NCBI GenBank assembly: GCA_963575745.1
Contig: CAUYUJ010000002.1
Span: 1,178,001-1,242,000, forward strand
Origin: Prorocentrum cordatum
Taxonomy: Eukaryota
Reading direction: 5' to 3'
Length of the DNA: 64,000 nucleotides
Part shown: positions 1 to 12,900 of the stretch, one piece after another
How the letters are laid out: each line of letters begins with the position of its first letter
Position numbering within the stretch: position 1 is the first letter of the stretch
Notes under the pieces: model-generated
What the model saw: the letters and a program-made list of their open reading frames with translations, nothing else
Told to the model about the DNA's origin: nothing
Databases searched by the model: none
Position numbers and translations under genes: made by a program

Positions 1-3000
1 GCGTCTATTGTCCGATCCCTGACCATGTCCACGAGACCCATGCCAACGACACGAGCGATCAGTTTGGCGTCGCAGTTCATTAAGGAGAGGGGGCGAGTGG
101 CACCTGGAACCCGAAAGACGGCATGCTGGCCCTGGGGTTCGTCTCCTTTCGGAAGAAACGCGAAGACCGAGTCGTTGAAGTGGTGCGGGGCCAGGCCCGC
201 TTCGAACATCTGCATCATGAGGTGGCCCATGCAGCGCGTGGAATCTGATCTGGGCCTGGAGCGGCATGTCTGACCTTGCGGAGGGCTCCCAGAAAGTCCT
301 GAAGATCTGGAACCCGTAGGTCCGCGCAACCGAACTTGGGGAGGTGCTGGGACAAGCGATGCCGGGCCGCCACGGGGCCCACGATCTTGCTCGAGAAGAT
401 GGGCGGCCAAAACTTCTGAAGGACTACCCTCGGGGGAACTGGTGGTGGTGGTGGTGGGGGATGCTGTTGGTGCCCCCTCTTTCGGTATCCTAAGTCCTGA
501 AAGCACGAGTCGACGGCGAAACGGATACCAGGTCTGTGCCCGGCGCGTGAGCTGCATCGCGGCCTTCCGACTGCCGGCCTGGTCCAACTGCATCTCGGCC
601 TTGGACTGCACCTGGCGCTTCGTGGCGAGGGCGACGCGCCTGTCGCAATCGGCGGTGACCGCCGTGTCGACCAGCTTGATATACTCGTCCCTGGTCGTGA
701 GCTCGGGGCCGTCGTCCGTGAGGCGCAGGCGCGCGCTGCCGATGTCGCTCGTGGCCAAGAGGAGCGCCGCTGTGTCTGAATATGTTCTCCAAATCGCCCG
801 TGACATTGCACGGAAAGTAGCGGGCCTGCTATGCTTTGCCCAGCGACTGGTCTTGAAGGGAGGCGCGCTGCTGAAGGTTGCGAGTGTATCTAACCGCTTC
901 TTTGATGATGAGCTCGCGCTGCTTCCAAGCCGCGCTAGGCGTGAGCGCGGCCATGGCAATGTTGTCCTTCAGATGGTTGAAATGGCGCTGGTAGTTGGGG
1001 TCGTGGAAGATGATCGGGTCGATGGCTTGCTCTTCTGGCCGCGAAGCTGAGGCGTTGACCAGAAGCAAATGAATACTTGCATGATCGCTGAGGCCATCGT
1101 CGGATAGTGCTGCACCGTCTCTGTGAATCTTCAGGTGCGCGTCCCCGTTGATCAGGTCGCTGCCCGAGAGGAATATGAAGACGCGGTCGGTTGCCGTGGC
1201 CGCTTGCGCGTTGGCCGAGAAGTGCCTGGCGAGGTCGTGCACGATCTCTGTGAGCGAGGCAAAGAATTGGCGCCGCCGCGCCTAGTCTCGCCGATATTGC
1301 CCGCCAGGTACCATGGGCCGCCAGCGCGCAGAAGGATCCTTGAAGTTGAAGGAGGGAACGGCACTGGCATCGAAGCCGCCCATGGCGATGAAGAGTCTTT
1401 GCTGGGACACTGCTGCTGCCCAGCTCCGTGAGGCACGCCGCGCCTCGGCCACTCTGTCCATGTCTGCTGTCGGCGAGTCGTGATTACGTACGCTCATAAT
1501 GTGCGTATCGAAGCCCGCGGCGTGGCTAGTAACGTGCAGAACGGCCGCTCATCCGCGGATAGCTGGCCAGAACGACGTTGATGTAGGGGTCGGTGAAGGT
1601 GTCGGGACCGGAAAGGCCACTCCCCCTTTGCCACGGTTGATGGGGCAGCCGCTGAAATGCAGTTGGTGATCATGCGGAAGTTTGCCGATGTGCATTTCGA
1701 GATCCAATTTAGAGCCGTGTACTTCTTGCAGGGCTATCAAGGCCTGCTTGCGCATGAAGGGAGTCATCTGCCCAATCTTCCCCATCTCTTGCAATCATCA
1801 TGACAAAGAAGGCCGCTGGCGCTCCAACAGATGTAGCTGCCTGCGGCCTCTGAGGCAGTAAGTATGGTAATAGTCCGCGCCGGCTTGGCACGACGGGCGC
1901 GCGCAGATGTGCTGGGCGAGGAAAAAGAGTCTGAGCTGCCAGCGCTGGAAGAAGAATCATTGCCCGATGATGAGCTGAATCCCGAGACTGAGGCCGCCTG
2001 AGCCTTGTCGGTCTTGAGACGATGATCTTGCTCTGAAAGAAGAAGGGGTTGAGCTGGGTGAAGCAGGTCATGCTGGGGGAGAAGTGCTGCTACGGGCCCC
2101 CCAAGGCCCGTGACAACCAAAAAGCTATATGGAGGGCTCTCCAGTCCCTCGGGGGCAACAGGGGCGCCCCGACCCCCGTGCGCCTGTCGTCGCGGCGCGG
2201 CCTGTGCAGGATGAGGCCTGCGATGCCGCGGAGCCCGCGCGACCGGGAAGCTGTGGAGCGTCAGCAGCGGCAAGACAAGGTGGCGCCTGTTCAGGTGCTG
2301 GTCGGAGGCGCCGTAGAGGGCGCGGCCGCTGCCCTGCAGGTGCGCTAGGTGCAGGAGGGCGCGCGTGACCAGCATCAGTTGCAGTCGTCCGCCGGGGCGA
2401 CCAGCGTCTGTCCAATCCACTTCACTGTATCCTCGGCTTCGTAGAGGGCGGCAAATTCTGCATCGATAGTGGCCTCGTCGATGGAAATATTGGCCAGCGC
2501 ATCTTGATTCCAACGAATGATTGTTGCCGCGTCCACGCTGGTGAGCTCCAGTTTGGCGGCGGGGATGGTGTTGCAGAGTCTGCGCCCTAGATCGCGACGC
2601 GCGCGCCAATTGCGCGTGGGGTAGTGAGCCTGGCAGAGGGCGAGTAGCTTTTTAGTTTGGGTGTCCCTGCTGATGCGCTTGATGCGCTTGTCTGGGTTGA
2701 CGTGGGGCGGGACGTACTGGCCATGTTTGATGGCGCTGTCGGTTGGCGTTTGAACTGTGAACTGCCTGTAGCCACCGCGGCCTGGGAACTGAAGTGCCCG
2801 TGCAAGGGCCACTGATTTGGCGATGGCGGCTGAGCGACCTCCAAGGAGTTGTAAGAGGAAACGCGGATTCGGTCCTTCTCCATGAATCTGAAACTGCAAC
2901 GGAGCCACTTCTGCTGCGTCGAGCCACTCGGCGATGGAGGTGCGAACGGCGGCAGCGGCGACGGGCTGCGCGCTGGAGAAAACGGTGGTGGTGGGATCTG

Positions 3001-4205
3001 GCTCGCGATCCCAGTCCGCTAGTTTGGCCATGTCCAATATGGGTGCCTCTGCTTCGCCGAGGCTGGGCTGCTAGCTGATACGCTGGATTGCACCCCGAAT
3101 CTCTTGGTGTTGGGCTTCTTGCTTTGCTTGTGCGGCCTTGATTACCATCAGATCTTGCTCTTGGCCATCCAATCTGCGGGTAGTAGCTGCTTCGCGTCGC
3201 TGCAGTGCGGACAGAAGTTGGGTTTGCGAGGCTGAGACGGCGTTGCCGACGGCCGCGTTGATGGCGGCAACCATCGGTGCCACGATATGCTTGAGCTCGT
3301 GCTGAATATCTGGGGCGAGATTGGCTGTGGCCAAGGTGCTCCTGTAGGCGTGGCTGCGCCTTCTGCTTCTGGAGCTGGTGCTGGAGCTGATGCCATTGAT
3401 CAAGAGCTGGCTGCGGCGGCATTTGGTGCTGCTGTAATAGGGGAGCGCTGCTGAACTGCTTGAACGGCTTGATGTGCCAACCATTGCTGTTGAGCCGTAA
3501 GCCGGGCGGCTTCATGGGCCGTGTCGGCTTCTGCTGCATGTCGGGCGGGTTCGTGAACTTGGTGGGCTTCTTGAGGTTCGCGCCAATTCATTCTCGCTAT
3601 GCTTAATGGGCTTGCCACTGCGCTTGCTCTTGAGAGGGGAAAGTAGGTGCTGCATTCAATTCTTCAAGAGCAGCTCGTTGCCAAGTTTCTTGAGTAGCAG
3701 CTGGGTGAACTCCTTGAGGGGCTCCAGGAGCTTCGCGCCCGAGAGGTCATTTAGATCGTCCACTATGTCCTTTGGGTGGCTTGTGTGATCCTTCGGAAGA
3801 AGAAGAATGGTGGCGTCTATCCCTATCGCGCCGGCACTGTCGATCACGGTCACGGTCTCTATCTCTCTCGGTGCGTTTTTCAGGGTGTCTGCGTCGATCG
3901 CGTCGGTGTCGAGTGGCTTGGCTTCTGCTTTCAGAATCGTTTCGGGAAGATGCTGAAGCTGAATCCGAATCCATTCGGAAGTGTTGAGCTGAGCTAGACC
4001 ACGCACTGCCTGTCCGATGCCAAACGAGAGAGGAGCCAATCCAACTATATATGCAATTGAAATAGTTGAATTAGTAATTGTGCGAAGGTGAACTTCGTTC
4101 TGCTGATATGGAGCGGCTCCGCAGGCTGGGCAGCCGTGGCGGGCCTGTGAGGTTGGGAAAGGAACAAGTTGAACTGAACGGCCAGCTGCCTTGGGAAATG
4201 TTTTA
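1..4205 (-). mobile_element. Decayed non-LTR retrotransposon (LINE, APE-RT type), runs off the left window edge
   Basis: Minus-strand frame-shifted pieces in LINE order: ORF1-like helical region (3071-3484, 2375-3037); APE motifs YICWSASGL, LQEVHG..GKGGVA (1549-1830), degenerate GDFN (MGGFD), D-R-V-F and LSDH (829-1242); APGPDQIP (~240-262); RT motif RPLSLMNCDAKLIAR (~52-96). Multiple stops and frameshifts. Confidence 0.9.
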
Positions 4206-4257
4206 CTTGAGCCATAATGGCTTGAGCCAAAATGGTTTGAGCCAAAATGGCTACGGA
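4206..4257 (-). other. Dinoflagellate spliced leader (full 22-mer, 1 mismatch) followed by two 15-nt SL relics
   Basis: The minus strand reads TCCGTAGCCATTTTGGCTCAAA CCATTTTGGCTCAAG CCATTATGGCTCAAG; DinoSL consensus is DCCGTAGCCATTTTGGCTCAAG. Confidence 0.97.
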
Positions 4258-5352
4258 GGAGGAGGAGGGAGGAGGGAGGAGGGAGGAGGGAGGAGGGGGA
4301 GGAGGAGGAGGAGGAAGAGGAGGAGGAGGAGGAGGAGGAGGAGGAGGATGGGTCGGAGGAGGACGAAGGGATTTTCGGGGGGCTCGGGAGGTTTCTTGAT
4401 ATCTCAAGAGGCCTCAGTTGTGAGAGAAAGAAAAAGAGAGAGGAAGCGACGAAGAGAGAATCGTGATCATGGGAAGGAGCAAAAGGGTAAGACGGCGACG
4501 GCGCCAGCGGAGGGGGGAAGGAGGGAGGGATGAGCCGAAGGAAGAGGACAAGCTGAAATGCACTGGCGCCATACATGATGTTCCCCCCCTCCTCTCCCAT
4601 CTGACCCCACCGCGTTGAACCCCTTTGCACTCGCCAGCATGAAGAGCCGGCTCGTGGGAAGTGGATCTGAACTCCCCGTGGCCCACGTCGGGGATCTGCG
4701 AAGGTGCTGCCAGGGTTGACCGATCAGATCCGGGCGGACCTCCGAAAGGCTACACTCATGCCGATGGATCTACTTCGAAGGAAGGGGAGGTGAGGACCAG
4801 GATCGGGGGGAACGAAAGGGGGGACAGCAAAGGGTAGGGTAGAGAATCAGCTCACGTAGCTGATTTTCCCAGCGCGTCTCGGCGCCGGGAGTCGCCCATG
4901 TATCGAGGACTGCGCCTGGCGGCGGGGCCGAAACCAGATGCATGCAGCAAATTTCGTCACCCCCCCTTTCGTTCGGCCCGACAGGAATGGGGGAGGGGGT
5001 GGAGGAGGCGAGAGAACAATGAGGACGCGGACGAAGCTGCCGCGCACGCTCGGAAGAGGCGAAGGAAAACGGGCAGGTTTCAGCAGGGTTCGGCACCCGC
5101 GGGGCAGCAGCAGCAGCGGCAGCAGCAGCAGCAGCAGCGGGGCACGTCTAGCGTTAGGTTGCTCCCATCGTACTCAAGGACCACATCCCAGAAACAATGT
5201 CGAGCACCCGAACAAGTGTCGAAACAGTGCCGAAGCAGTGTCGGACGAGTGTCTCCCAGGGCCCGACACTTGACAACCTTCGAGGTTCGGTGCTTTGTTG
5301 GTGCTCGAAGTTCTGTCTGGTGATCAAGGCTAAAGTAGGATGGAACATCATA

Positions 5353-5525
5353 CAGTCAAAAACCCTGATAAGGACGCGCGGGAAGGACGCAAGACCCTTG
5401 GAAGACGAAGTTGGGATTTCTGGGGCGGCGGACGACGAAACCCCCAAGGACGCAAGAGCAAGGGAGAGCAAGGATGCAAGGGTACCCGGAGTAAAGTCGC
5501 GCGTCCTTATTAGGGTTTTTGACTG
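5353..5525. mobile_element. MITE with ~28-bp TIRs and TA flanks (Tc1/mariner-like)
   Basis: CAGTCAAAAACCCTGATAAGGACGCGCG ... CGCGCGTCCTTATTAGGGTTTTTGACTG (1 mismatch), with TA on both sides. Confidence 0.85.
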
Positions 5526-7050
5526 TAAGTCCAGCGCGGCAAGGTGGCTCAGAACCTCTGCCGACGCCGCGCCTGGCGCGACCTGTCGCGGCCACACACC
5601 CGGGGCGCCCAGCGCCCGGGCAACAGCCGCTGCCACTCCCGCCCGGCAGCACCACGGCGCCGCCAAGGCGGCCCGCCAAGGCGGCCCGCGGTTCGGGCCA
5701 CGCGAATGGCAAGGCTGGACAACAGTTTTCTGGGACGGACAGACCCCCCTTTAGTAAAACGTGGTTTAGTGAAAACGACCTAAGGCCCAAACCTGGCGGG
5801 CGCAAGCCTGGAAAATAACGGCCACGGCGCCCTCTCGAGAACTGAAAACGGACAATTCACTAATCGACGTGTCACTGTTGGGGGTTCTGTCCACCCCCGA
5901 AGTTTGAGGGATGCAACAACGCCCCTGACCTGTGTTACGAGTGCGTGGTCTGCAAACCCCCTGGGAGCTCCCAAAGGCCAGAGAGCCGCCAGGACGCCGC
6001 GCGGCACGCGCGATCTGCAGGGTTCACCCTGTCAGCCCACAGGAGGTTCAGCGCACAGCGCCTCGTAAACCAGGGTAGGGGCGTTTTTTTACGCCCTTGA
6101 AGTAGGGTTCGGCGAGTCAGCTCACGCAGCTGATATCCCCTGCGCAGGGAGGCGCCAAGGCGTCGAGGAATGGCGCCCGGCGGCGGGGGCCGAAGCCACC
6201 TGCATGCAGCAACGGGTCCGGCGCAGCTCCGAGAAATCCGCACGGACCCGTGAGAGTTTCTGCCCATGCCTTGTTTCGGGGGCGCGCAAACATGGATTAG
6301 CGATCCATGGATTTGGCGCGCGGTCGCCAAATCCATGGATCGGGGGAGGTGTCCTCCCCAAAATGCGGCAATCGCCGCCTCGTTCGGCGGCGGAGATCCG
6401 CGATTTCCCATGGAAGCGGAACCCGTCGCTAATCCACGCCCCCTGGATCCATGTTTGCGATCGCCTGATTGTTCCTCGGAGCGAGGCATGGCGACCACGA
6501 CTCGGCGGCGAGCCCTGGGGGGGAAGTGAGAGAGGGAGCAGGCCTTCTCCAGAAAGCGGCGGGGCTTCTCAGAAGCCCTCGCGCATTCCGATGAGCCGTC
6601 CCTGTCTTCGGAGAGGGCTCCGACAACTTCTCGGAGGGCGCGAGGGCTCCTGAGACGCCCCGCCGTTTCGTGGAGAAGGCCCGCAGAGTGCACCAGCAGC
6701 GAACGCGCCCTTACCCGCGCCCTCGCGGCCGGATTCTGGGGCGCGAGGCCGCGATTCCATGAATTGCTTTGGCGGCGCGCACAAGGGGGAGGGGGAGGGG
6801 GGGCGGTTTGTCAGAAGGAGGCTGTTTCTTGGGATGCGCCGGCCCCTCTATCTAGAGAGCAGGCCCGCGCCTCCTAAGCTGGGCTTCTTCCTAGGAAGCC
6901 TTCGCCCGTCCTCCTGCCCCCCTTCTGCGCGTGGCAGATTCCCCCTCGGCGCGCTGCCGAGAGGGGTCCTCTGGGCGCCCCAGCGGCACCGCGCCGCTCA
7001 CCGCCCAGTGCGCTCGCCACGAGATAGGGGAAGCCGCACGCCCACTTTGC

Positions 7051-7199
7051 CTTGGGCATGTTCCCCTACAGGCGGATTTTGGACGAAAAATAAGACAAAC
7101 TCAATATACATCACAAAATAATCAAACAGTCGAAAAATCATCCCCTGCATATGTTATGGCTATTTTGAACATTCCTCCTGCAGAGGGACAGGCCCGACC
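7051..7199. mobile_element. ~150-bp MITE family A (TIR RGTCGGGCMTGTCCC...GGGACAGGCCCGACY), copy 1
   Basis: Shares ends and an AT-rich core with copies at 8692, 50188, 51046 and 61627; left end eroded. Confidence 0.75.
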
Positions 7200-7358
7200 T
7201 AACCTTTGCCCTCCCTGTTCCTCCCCGCGTCGGGGGCGCGAAGGCAGCAACGGCGAGGCGCGACCCTCCCGCGGCTTGGGTCAGGGGCAGTTCGCCCGCG
7301 GGCCCGTGGAGGTTCTGAAGATCGTGTGTCGCCGGGGCTTCCTCCCGTGGGGGTCAGC

Positions 7359-7681
7359 GGAGTGGCGCGTGAGCCTCTGGAGCAGATGGGGACTCTGATC
7401 GAGAACTGCCGCAGACAGATTGGGTCCAGGGCTCCCCAGAGCTCCGGTCGTGACCGTTTACGATGTCGGCTGCCTCCTGTGGGGGCCAGCGGAGTGGCGC
7501 GTGAGCCTCTGGAGCAGGTGGGGACTCTGAAGTCTGGGCGTTGCAATCTTTCCGCAACGGGCGATTTTGCCTTCGTTTCGTGCCCCAGGGCCATCACAGC
7601 TCGGCCGGGCTCGAGAACTGCCGCAGACAGATTGGGTCCAGGGCTCCCCAGAGCTCCGGTCGTGACCTTTTACGATGTCGG
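7359..7681. repeat. Local duplication of two blocks (~40 bp and ~70 bp)
   Basis: GGAGTGGCGCGTGAGCCTCTGGAGCAG at ~7359 and ~7491; TCGAGAACTGCCGCAGACAGATTGGGTCCAGGGCTCCCCAGAGCTCCGGTCGTGACC at ~7399 and ~7611. Confidence 0.85.
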
Positions 7682-7903
7682 ATCTCAAGGGTGGGGGGTG
7701 CCGGAGAGCCGCAAGCGCGCTCGAGGGAGAACGCCCTTCGACACAGCCGACGACGATTCGAACGGAAAATATGCACGTGGAAAACCGAGCCGAAAAAACA
7801 CCCGAGCGGAACAAAAACAGCTGCTCACACAACACATCAGATAATGATACCCCCTGCTTGTAGAACAGTAAGAGAGGCGGGGGGCAGGACGGCAAAGTAT
7901 GCG

Positions 7904-7904
<1 letters not shown>

Positions 7905-7942
<38 letters not shown>

Positions 7943-7996
7943 AGAGAGAGAGAGAGAGAGAAAGAAAGAAACAAAGAAAGAGAGAGAGAGACAGAA

Positions 7997-8059
<63 letters not shown>

Positions 8060-8092
8060 AAAAAAAAAAGAGAGAAAGAGAGAGAGAGAGAG
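7905..8092. repeat. (GA)n microsatellite
   Basis: Direct reading; gives rise to the spurious RERE ORFs. Confidence 0.95.
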
Positions 8093-8118
8093 CAGGAGGA
8101 TAACGACCCCTCAGCGGC

Positions 8119-8145
8119 CTGCTCCATCGCGCTGGCCAACATCGC
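8119..8145 (-). CDS. Host ubiquitin-like-domain gene, candidate exon E (AMLASAMEQ)
   Basis: Acceptor ...cctagag|GCG, donor CAG|GC; continues in phase 0 from exon D; 3' boundary uncertain. Confidence 0.5.
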
Positions 8146-8283
8146 CTCTAGGAGAGATGGAAAAGTACCCATACCGCTACTCCTCGGCCCTCTTCCGAGG
8201 CGCGTTCGGACAAGCATCTCGAGAACAATCCAGCCGTGGCGACGAGAGAAGAGGAAGACAAACCATAATCAACATCAACTTCT

Positions 8284-8411
8284 GACGGTCCGCGCGGATT
8301 TCTTGGATCTGTGCTGGCCACCCTCCCTGGCGGGCGGGGCGCGCCAGTGGCGGCGTCGGAAGCGCCGCCAGGCAGGTCCAGCGCAGATCGAAGAAATCCG
8401 CGCGGACCGTC
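8284..8411. mobile_element. MITE/foldback element with ~34-bp TIRs
   Basis: GACGGTCCGCGCGGATTTCTTGGATCTGTGCTGG ... CCAGCGCAGATCGAAGAAATCCGCGCGGACCGTC; a related single end lies at ~18697-18730. Confidence 0.8.
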
Positions 8412-8691
8412 GAAAGTGTATATTTTTTACCGTTCTTCTTTCTTCTTCTTCTTCTTCGGAGGACCTTCCCAGGACGAACATAATCACCAATATACCTCTT
8501 TTTTACAAGGCCGTGCGCGGCAACATCGAAACCGAAATCGACCGACGTCAACAGGCCGAAAGCAGCCTAGAAGAGCGCAACGACGCAGCAATGACACAAT
8601 AAACCACGGAATCGGACCGACCGAACGCAACCGACTGCCGCGCAACCGAACAGGACCGAACAGTGAATAGACTTGTGTACTAGTACCTTTA

Positions 8692-8791
8692 GGTGGGGCC
8701 TGTCCCAACATACTAGAAATAGTCAACAAAATCGTCCCCTGACAATTTTTTGACTGTTTTTGAATATCCTCCTGGAGAGGGACAGGCCCTC
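8692..8791. mobile_element. MITE family A, internally deleted copy
   Basis: GGTGGGGCCTGTCCC ... TTTGAATATCCTCCTGGAGAGGGACAGGCCC. Confidence 0.65.
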
Positions 8792-9154
8792 TTTTCCCCC
8801 CCTAAGCCTCCAAGCCCCCCCGCGCCGCGGACGCCGCCGCCGCCGCCCTTCTGGCTACCGCGTAACTCCCAAACCTTGGTCAGCAGAGGGCGGGGGGGCC
8901 GGCTCCAGGTGGCCCCCAAACCTGGGGTAGCCAGACGATCTCGGGGGGATTGGCTGATCCCCGCTGAGCCTCCGTCGCCCTCCTCCCCGTCGTGGTCGAC
9001 GTCGTCATCCTCGTCGTCGTCGTCGTCGCCGAACTCGTCGCCATCCTCGTCGTCATCTTCGTCGTCGTCCGCATCGCCGCCGCCATCTTCGGTCGCCGAA
9101 CCGCGATCGCCGACCTTCGTCGGTCATCGGAGCGTCGCGTGAGCCCCGATGGGC

Positions 9155-9276
9155 CTCCAGCCCCCCCGCGCCGTTGGCGCCGCCGCCGCCGCCGAACAGC
9201 CCGTCCAGTGGGCCAGCGCCGCCGGCGCCGCCGAGCAGCCCGGCGGCGCCCCCGCCGAACAAGCCGGCCAGGGGGC
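9155..9276 (-). CDS. Host ubiquitin-like-domain gene, exon D (Gly-rich linker PLAGLFGGG...GGLE)
   Basis: Acceptor cgcgcag|GC, donor GAG|GC; 122 nt; start phase matches the end of exon C; GC3-rich codons. Confidence 0.7.
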
Positions 9277-9327
9277 CTGCGCGCGGGGGGCGCCCGCCGC
9301 GGACGCTCTCAGCCCCCCCGAGGGGTG

Positions 9328-9532
9328 CCCCCTCCTCCTCCTCCTCCTCCTCCTCCTCCTCCTCCTCCTCCTCCTCTTCCTCCTCCTCCTCCTCTCCTCC
9401 TCCCTCCTCCTCCTCCCTCCCTCCTCCTCCTCCTCCTCCTCCTCCTCCTCCTCCTCCTCCTCCTCCTCCTCCTCCTCCCTCCTCCTCCTCCTCCTCCTCT
9501 ACTCCTGCTCCTGCTCCTCTCCTCCTCCTCCT
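9328..9532. repeat. (CCT)n microsatellite
   Basis: Direct reading. Confidence 0.95.
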
Positions 9533-9900
9533 CGAAATAAAGAAGGAAAGAAAAAAGGAACGGAAACATGAAACCGCCCCGCTCCGCGGGAGCATCGGGA
9601 GGTGGCAGCAGCCCCGAAGAGGCTGTGGTCTTTTCTCCGGATATGAAATGCCACGAGTTTCTAAAGACGCGACAGTAGGAAATCCCGACCTTTTCCCGGG
9701 GACTGGCGCTTCATCCCGGGCCGTTTCTGGACAGTCCGGGGGGCCCAACGGCCGGAAACGACGAGAGCCCCCCGCCATGGCATGTTCAAGGTGTCCCATG
9801 TCTCTTCGGCGCACCTTGGGGGAAGAGAGAAAAGACAGATCTTCTCAGAAGTCGGCGGGGCTTCTCAAAAACCCTCCCGACCTCTGAGACATGTTCGATG

Positions 9901-12900
9901 TGACGTGATGACACATAGCTCTTCTGCTGCCGAAGGATGACAAGGGAGAGAGAGAGAGAGACAAACAAACTGAAAGTGAGAAGCGGAATTGAAGTTCAAC
10001 TACAATCGCGAGCCGCATGCCGCCACACACACACACACACGTTACTCTCAAGCTGACCGCTGTCGCCGTACCCCAAACAATGTTGTGCATAGTTGGGGAA
10101 CAAGTTATGTGCTAGGAGGGGCCCTGAATGCGTCATCCTGCTTTGTGGGCGAATTGATGTTTCAGCCGGAGGGGTGGTCCGACAGCTTGCGTCGATGTCC
10201 GACAGGGAGTTCCCGCAGCTTGCGTCGACGCTTGTATTCGGTATGTGGGCTAGACACCCTTCCGTCGCTGCCAACCGATCTTGGGCCAATCGACGAGGAA
10301 CGCCACATGTGGGAAAACAACGGAGCTATGCCAAAGCTCCGGCAGTCGACTCCGCCCTTCGTCCGAGGGTCTGTCCCTACTCTCGCCAATCATTCAGGAC
10401 TCCATCGCGCCACGCCTGGTCGGGCTGGGCCCCCAGGCACAACCATGTTCGCGTTTCGCCGCCTGCCAGCGCGCGGCGAAGCTTACTGGCGCGGCGCAGC
10501 CCGCGACCACCCAGTCACAGCGACCCCTTCGGCCGTCGCCTCGTGCCCCGGTTTGCCCGCAAGATTACCCCGGGGCGTTCCTAGGCGCGGGCGTTTCTAG
10601 CGCGGGCGGTTTTGCCCGCGCCCTCCTGGCCGCGCGCGCCGGCGCGGTGCTTCCCGCGGCCATTGCGTCAAACTTGTGACTGTCAAAATGCAGTGCGGTG
10701 CTGCCCTCGATCGTCGCCCCAAACCCATAATCATCCGAACTCGGCGCGGCGCTGCGTGGCCCCAGAGGCCAGGGGTGGCACGCAGCCGGCGCGCGTCGTC
10801 TGCGCATCTGCGGCGTCTAACGCGCTTGCGGGCGCAGCGCGAGCAACATGTGCTTTCGCCGCCATCGCCCCCCCCTCATTGACGACGCAGCGGACGTCGC
10901 TTAACTGGGGAATACAACCACTCGGCCACGTGCGCTGTCGTGCCGACGTCGGCACGGGTCAGGAGCACGTCCGCGATCGCGGGCACGAGCTCCCCGTCCC
11001 TCAACGACTCCTGCGCCCGGGGCTCCTTGATCGCCAGATGCTGGACCTTTCCAGACCCCGTCTGGCCGCGCATATCTCGCGCACCCGAATTGCGCATCTG
11101 CTGCACGGGTAAGCTCGCTCGCAATGCCCATCTGGCGCAGGGCGCGGCTGGTCTGCTTCCTAATCGCCACCGCGCGCGCGATGCCGCCGAACTTGGCCTC
11201 GCCGCTGGGCGGCGCGATCGTAGCATCCCTGGCCGCGCTGCAATCCGGCGCGTGGAGCCCGTGCCGCTCCGCCGCGCGCGAGGTCGGCTTCCTTGTCGGC
11301 TCGTCGGCTGCCCAGTCCGAGTTCAGTAAGACGCACGGGCCCCTGGGCTCCTTCTGGCACCTGAAGAGCATCGCCATCGCGCGCCTGTCGCTCTCGATGT
11401 TCCAGACGTCTGGGGCCTCATTGCCCAGGCGTTCACTGGCCTCGCGCGCTCCGCGCGCGGCCCCCATGAGCTCGCCGGCCCGCGCAGGGGGGCGCCGCGC
11501 CACCCGGCGGAATAATCAATTACCATCTTCCCCGGCCCACCGCAAAACAACACCCCCAAAAAACACGCAGCTCGGATGTCCGGCCCGCCGGCCAGTCGCG
11601 CCGCACATTGGAGTCGGTCTGCGCGGCAGCCGTGCTCGCGATCCCCCTGGGCGCCTTGATCGGCGGCGCGCCATGGGCAGCGTCCTCCAGATTGCAAGCG
11701 TTTACCATGCGTCGCCGCGGGCATGGGCCCCGTCGCCTTCTCGCCCTTGGCGGTCGGCGCCTGGTCGCCCAGCCAATCATCTCCAGGCCGCGCGACCGAG
11801 CATCCGCGATCGTGATCCACTCAGCGACGCCGCGCCACTCCGTGTTCGCGAGCTCGCGGGCGCGCCCCTCGCGCGCTTCCTGCTTTTCCAGCGCCCGGGC
11901 GCTTTTGGCGCAGTCGTGGGCGCGCCCCCAATCGATGATCTGCTGGGCCCACTCCGGGTCATCCAACACTGCCGCGGCAATGTGCACCTTGGGCGCGTCC
12001 AATTGAGGGGGCCCAGGACTCGCGGCCCTCTCCGTGGAGGGCGCGCCGACCAACGCAGCGCGCCCCTGCTGGCCGTCGGCGGTCGCGCCCGCCTGCGCGC
12101 CATCAGCAGGGGAGGCATCGGGAGAGGGATCGGGCCCGCCCGCGTCTCTACTCAGCGTTGCGGGAGCGGCCCCCCGGAGCTCCCTGCCAGCACGATGCCA
12201 GCGGAGGGCGCGGGGCTGCCCGCCGCCGTGCTGGGCGACGCTGACCCGGCGGCGCCCGCAGTCGAAAGGGTTGCAGTTCCTGGCCCGGGCTGCGGCGCCT
12301 CCGGCGCGGCGCTGCCGGCAATTGCGGCCTCCGCCTTAGCTTGAGACCAGCCCCGGGCACTAAGGCGAGCGCACCTTCGAACGCCCGCAGCTCGCTGAGC
12401 ACCCTGGAGCGCCGCCGCGCTGGATCTGCCCGCCCAGCGTAACACAGGCGCCCTTCAAACCCAGGCACGGCCGCCCTCGGCGCATCGCCGCGGGTCAGTC
12501 TGCGCCGCGGTCCCGCGCGCGGGACGCGCTGCCATTGCCTGCTGCGGTAGCGGGCAGGGCTCCTAGAGGACAAGTCGACGTGCGTTGGCCCTGAAGCAGA
12601 CCCGACAGGACAGGGAGTGGCCCGGCGGCGGCCAGGCTGGCGTCGGCGGCAGAAACCTCGAGGGGAATGCGCTTCCCTGCTGGTGTCGCGGCGGGCGGCC
12701 CCCGCCTGTTCTCCGCCGCGAAGAGATCTGGCTCTCTCTTCCTGCAGCCGGCATCCACGTAGCCTTTCTCAATGCAGGAAAAAACCTTCTCGCCGTTCGG
12801 TTTCTACCCGCCGCCGCCTTTGTTTGACTTGTCCAGGACCTTGCTGCTGGCGCCCTCCGGAAACTCGCCCCCCTTTTCGGCCTTCCGCCTTTGGGGCTCG

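Noticed and set aside
7541..8602. 353-aa ORF with an RERE tract
   Set aside because: It is the translation of a (GA)n microsatellite and adjacent repeats.
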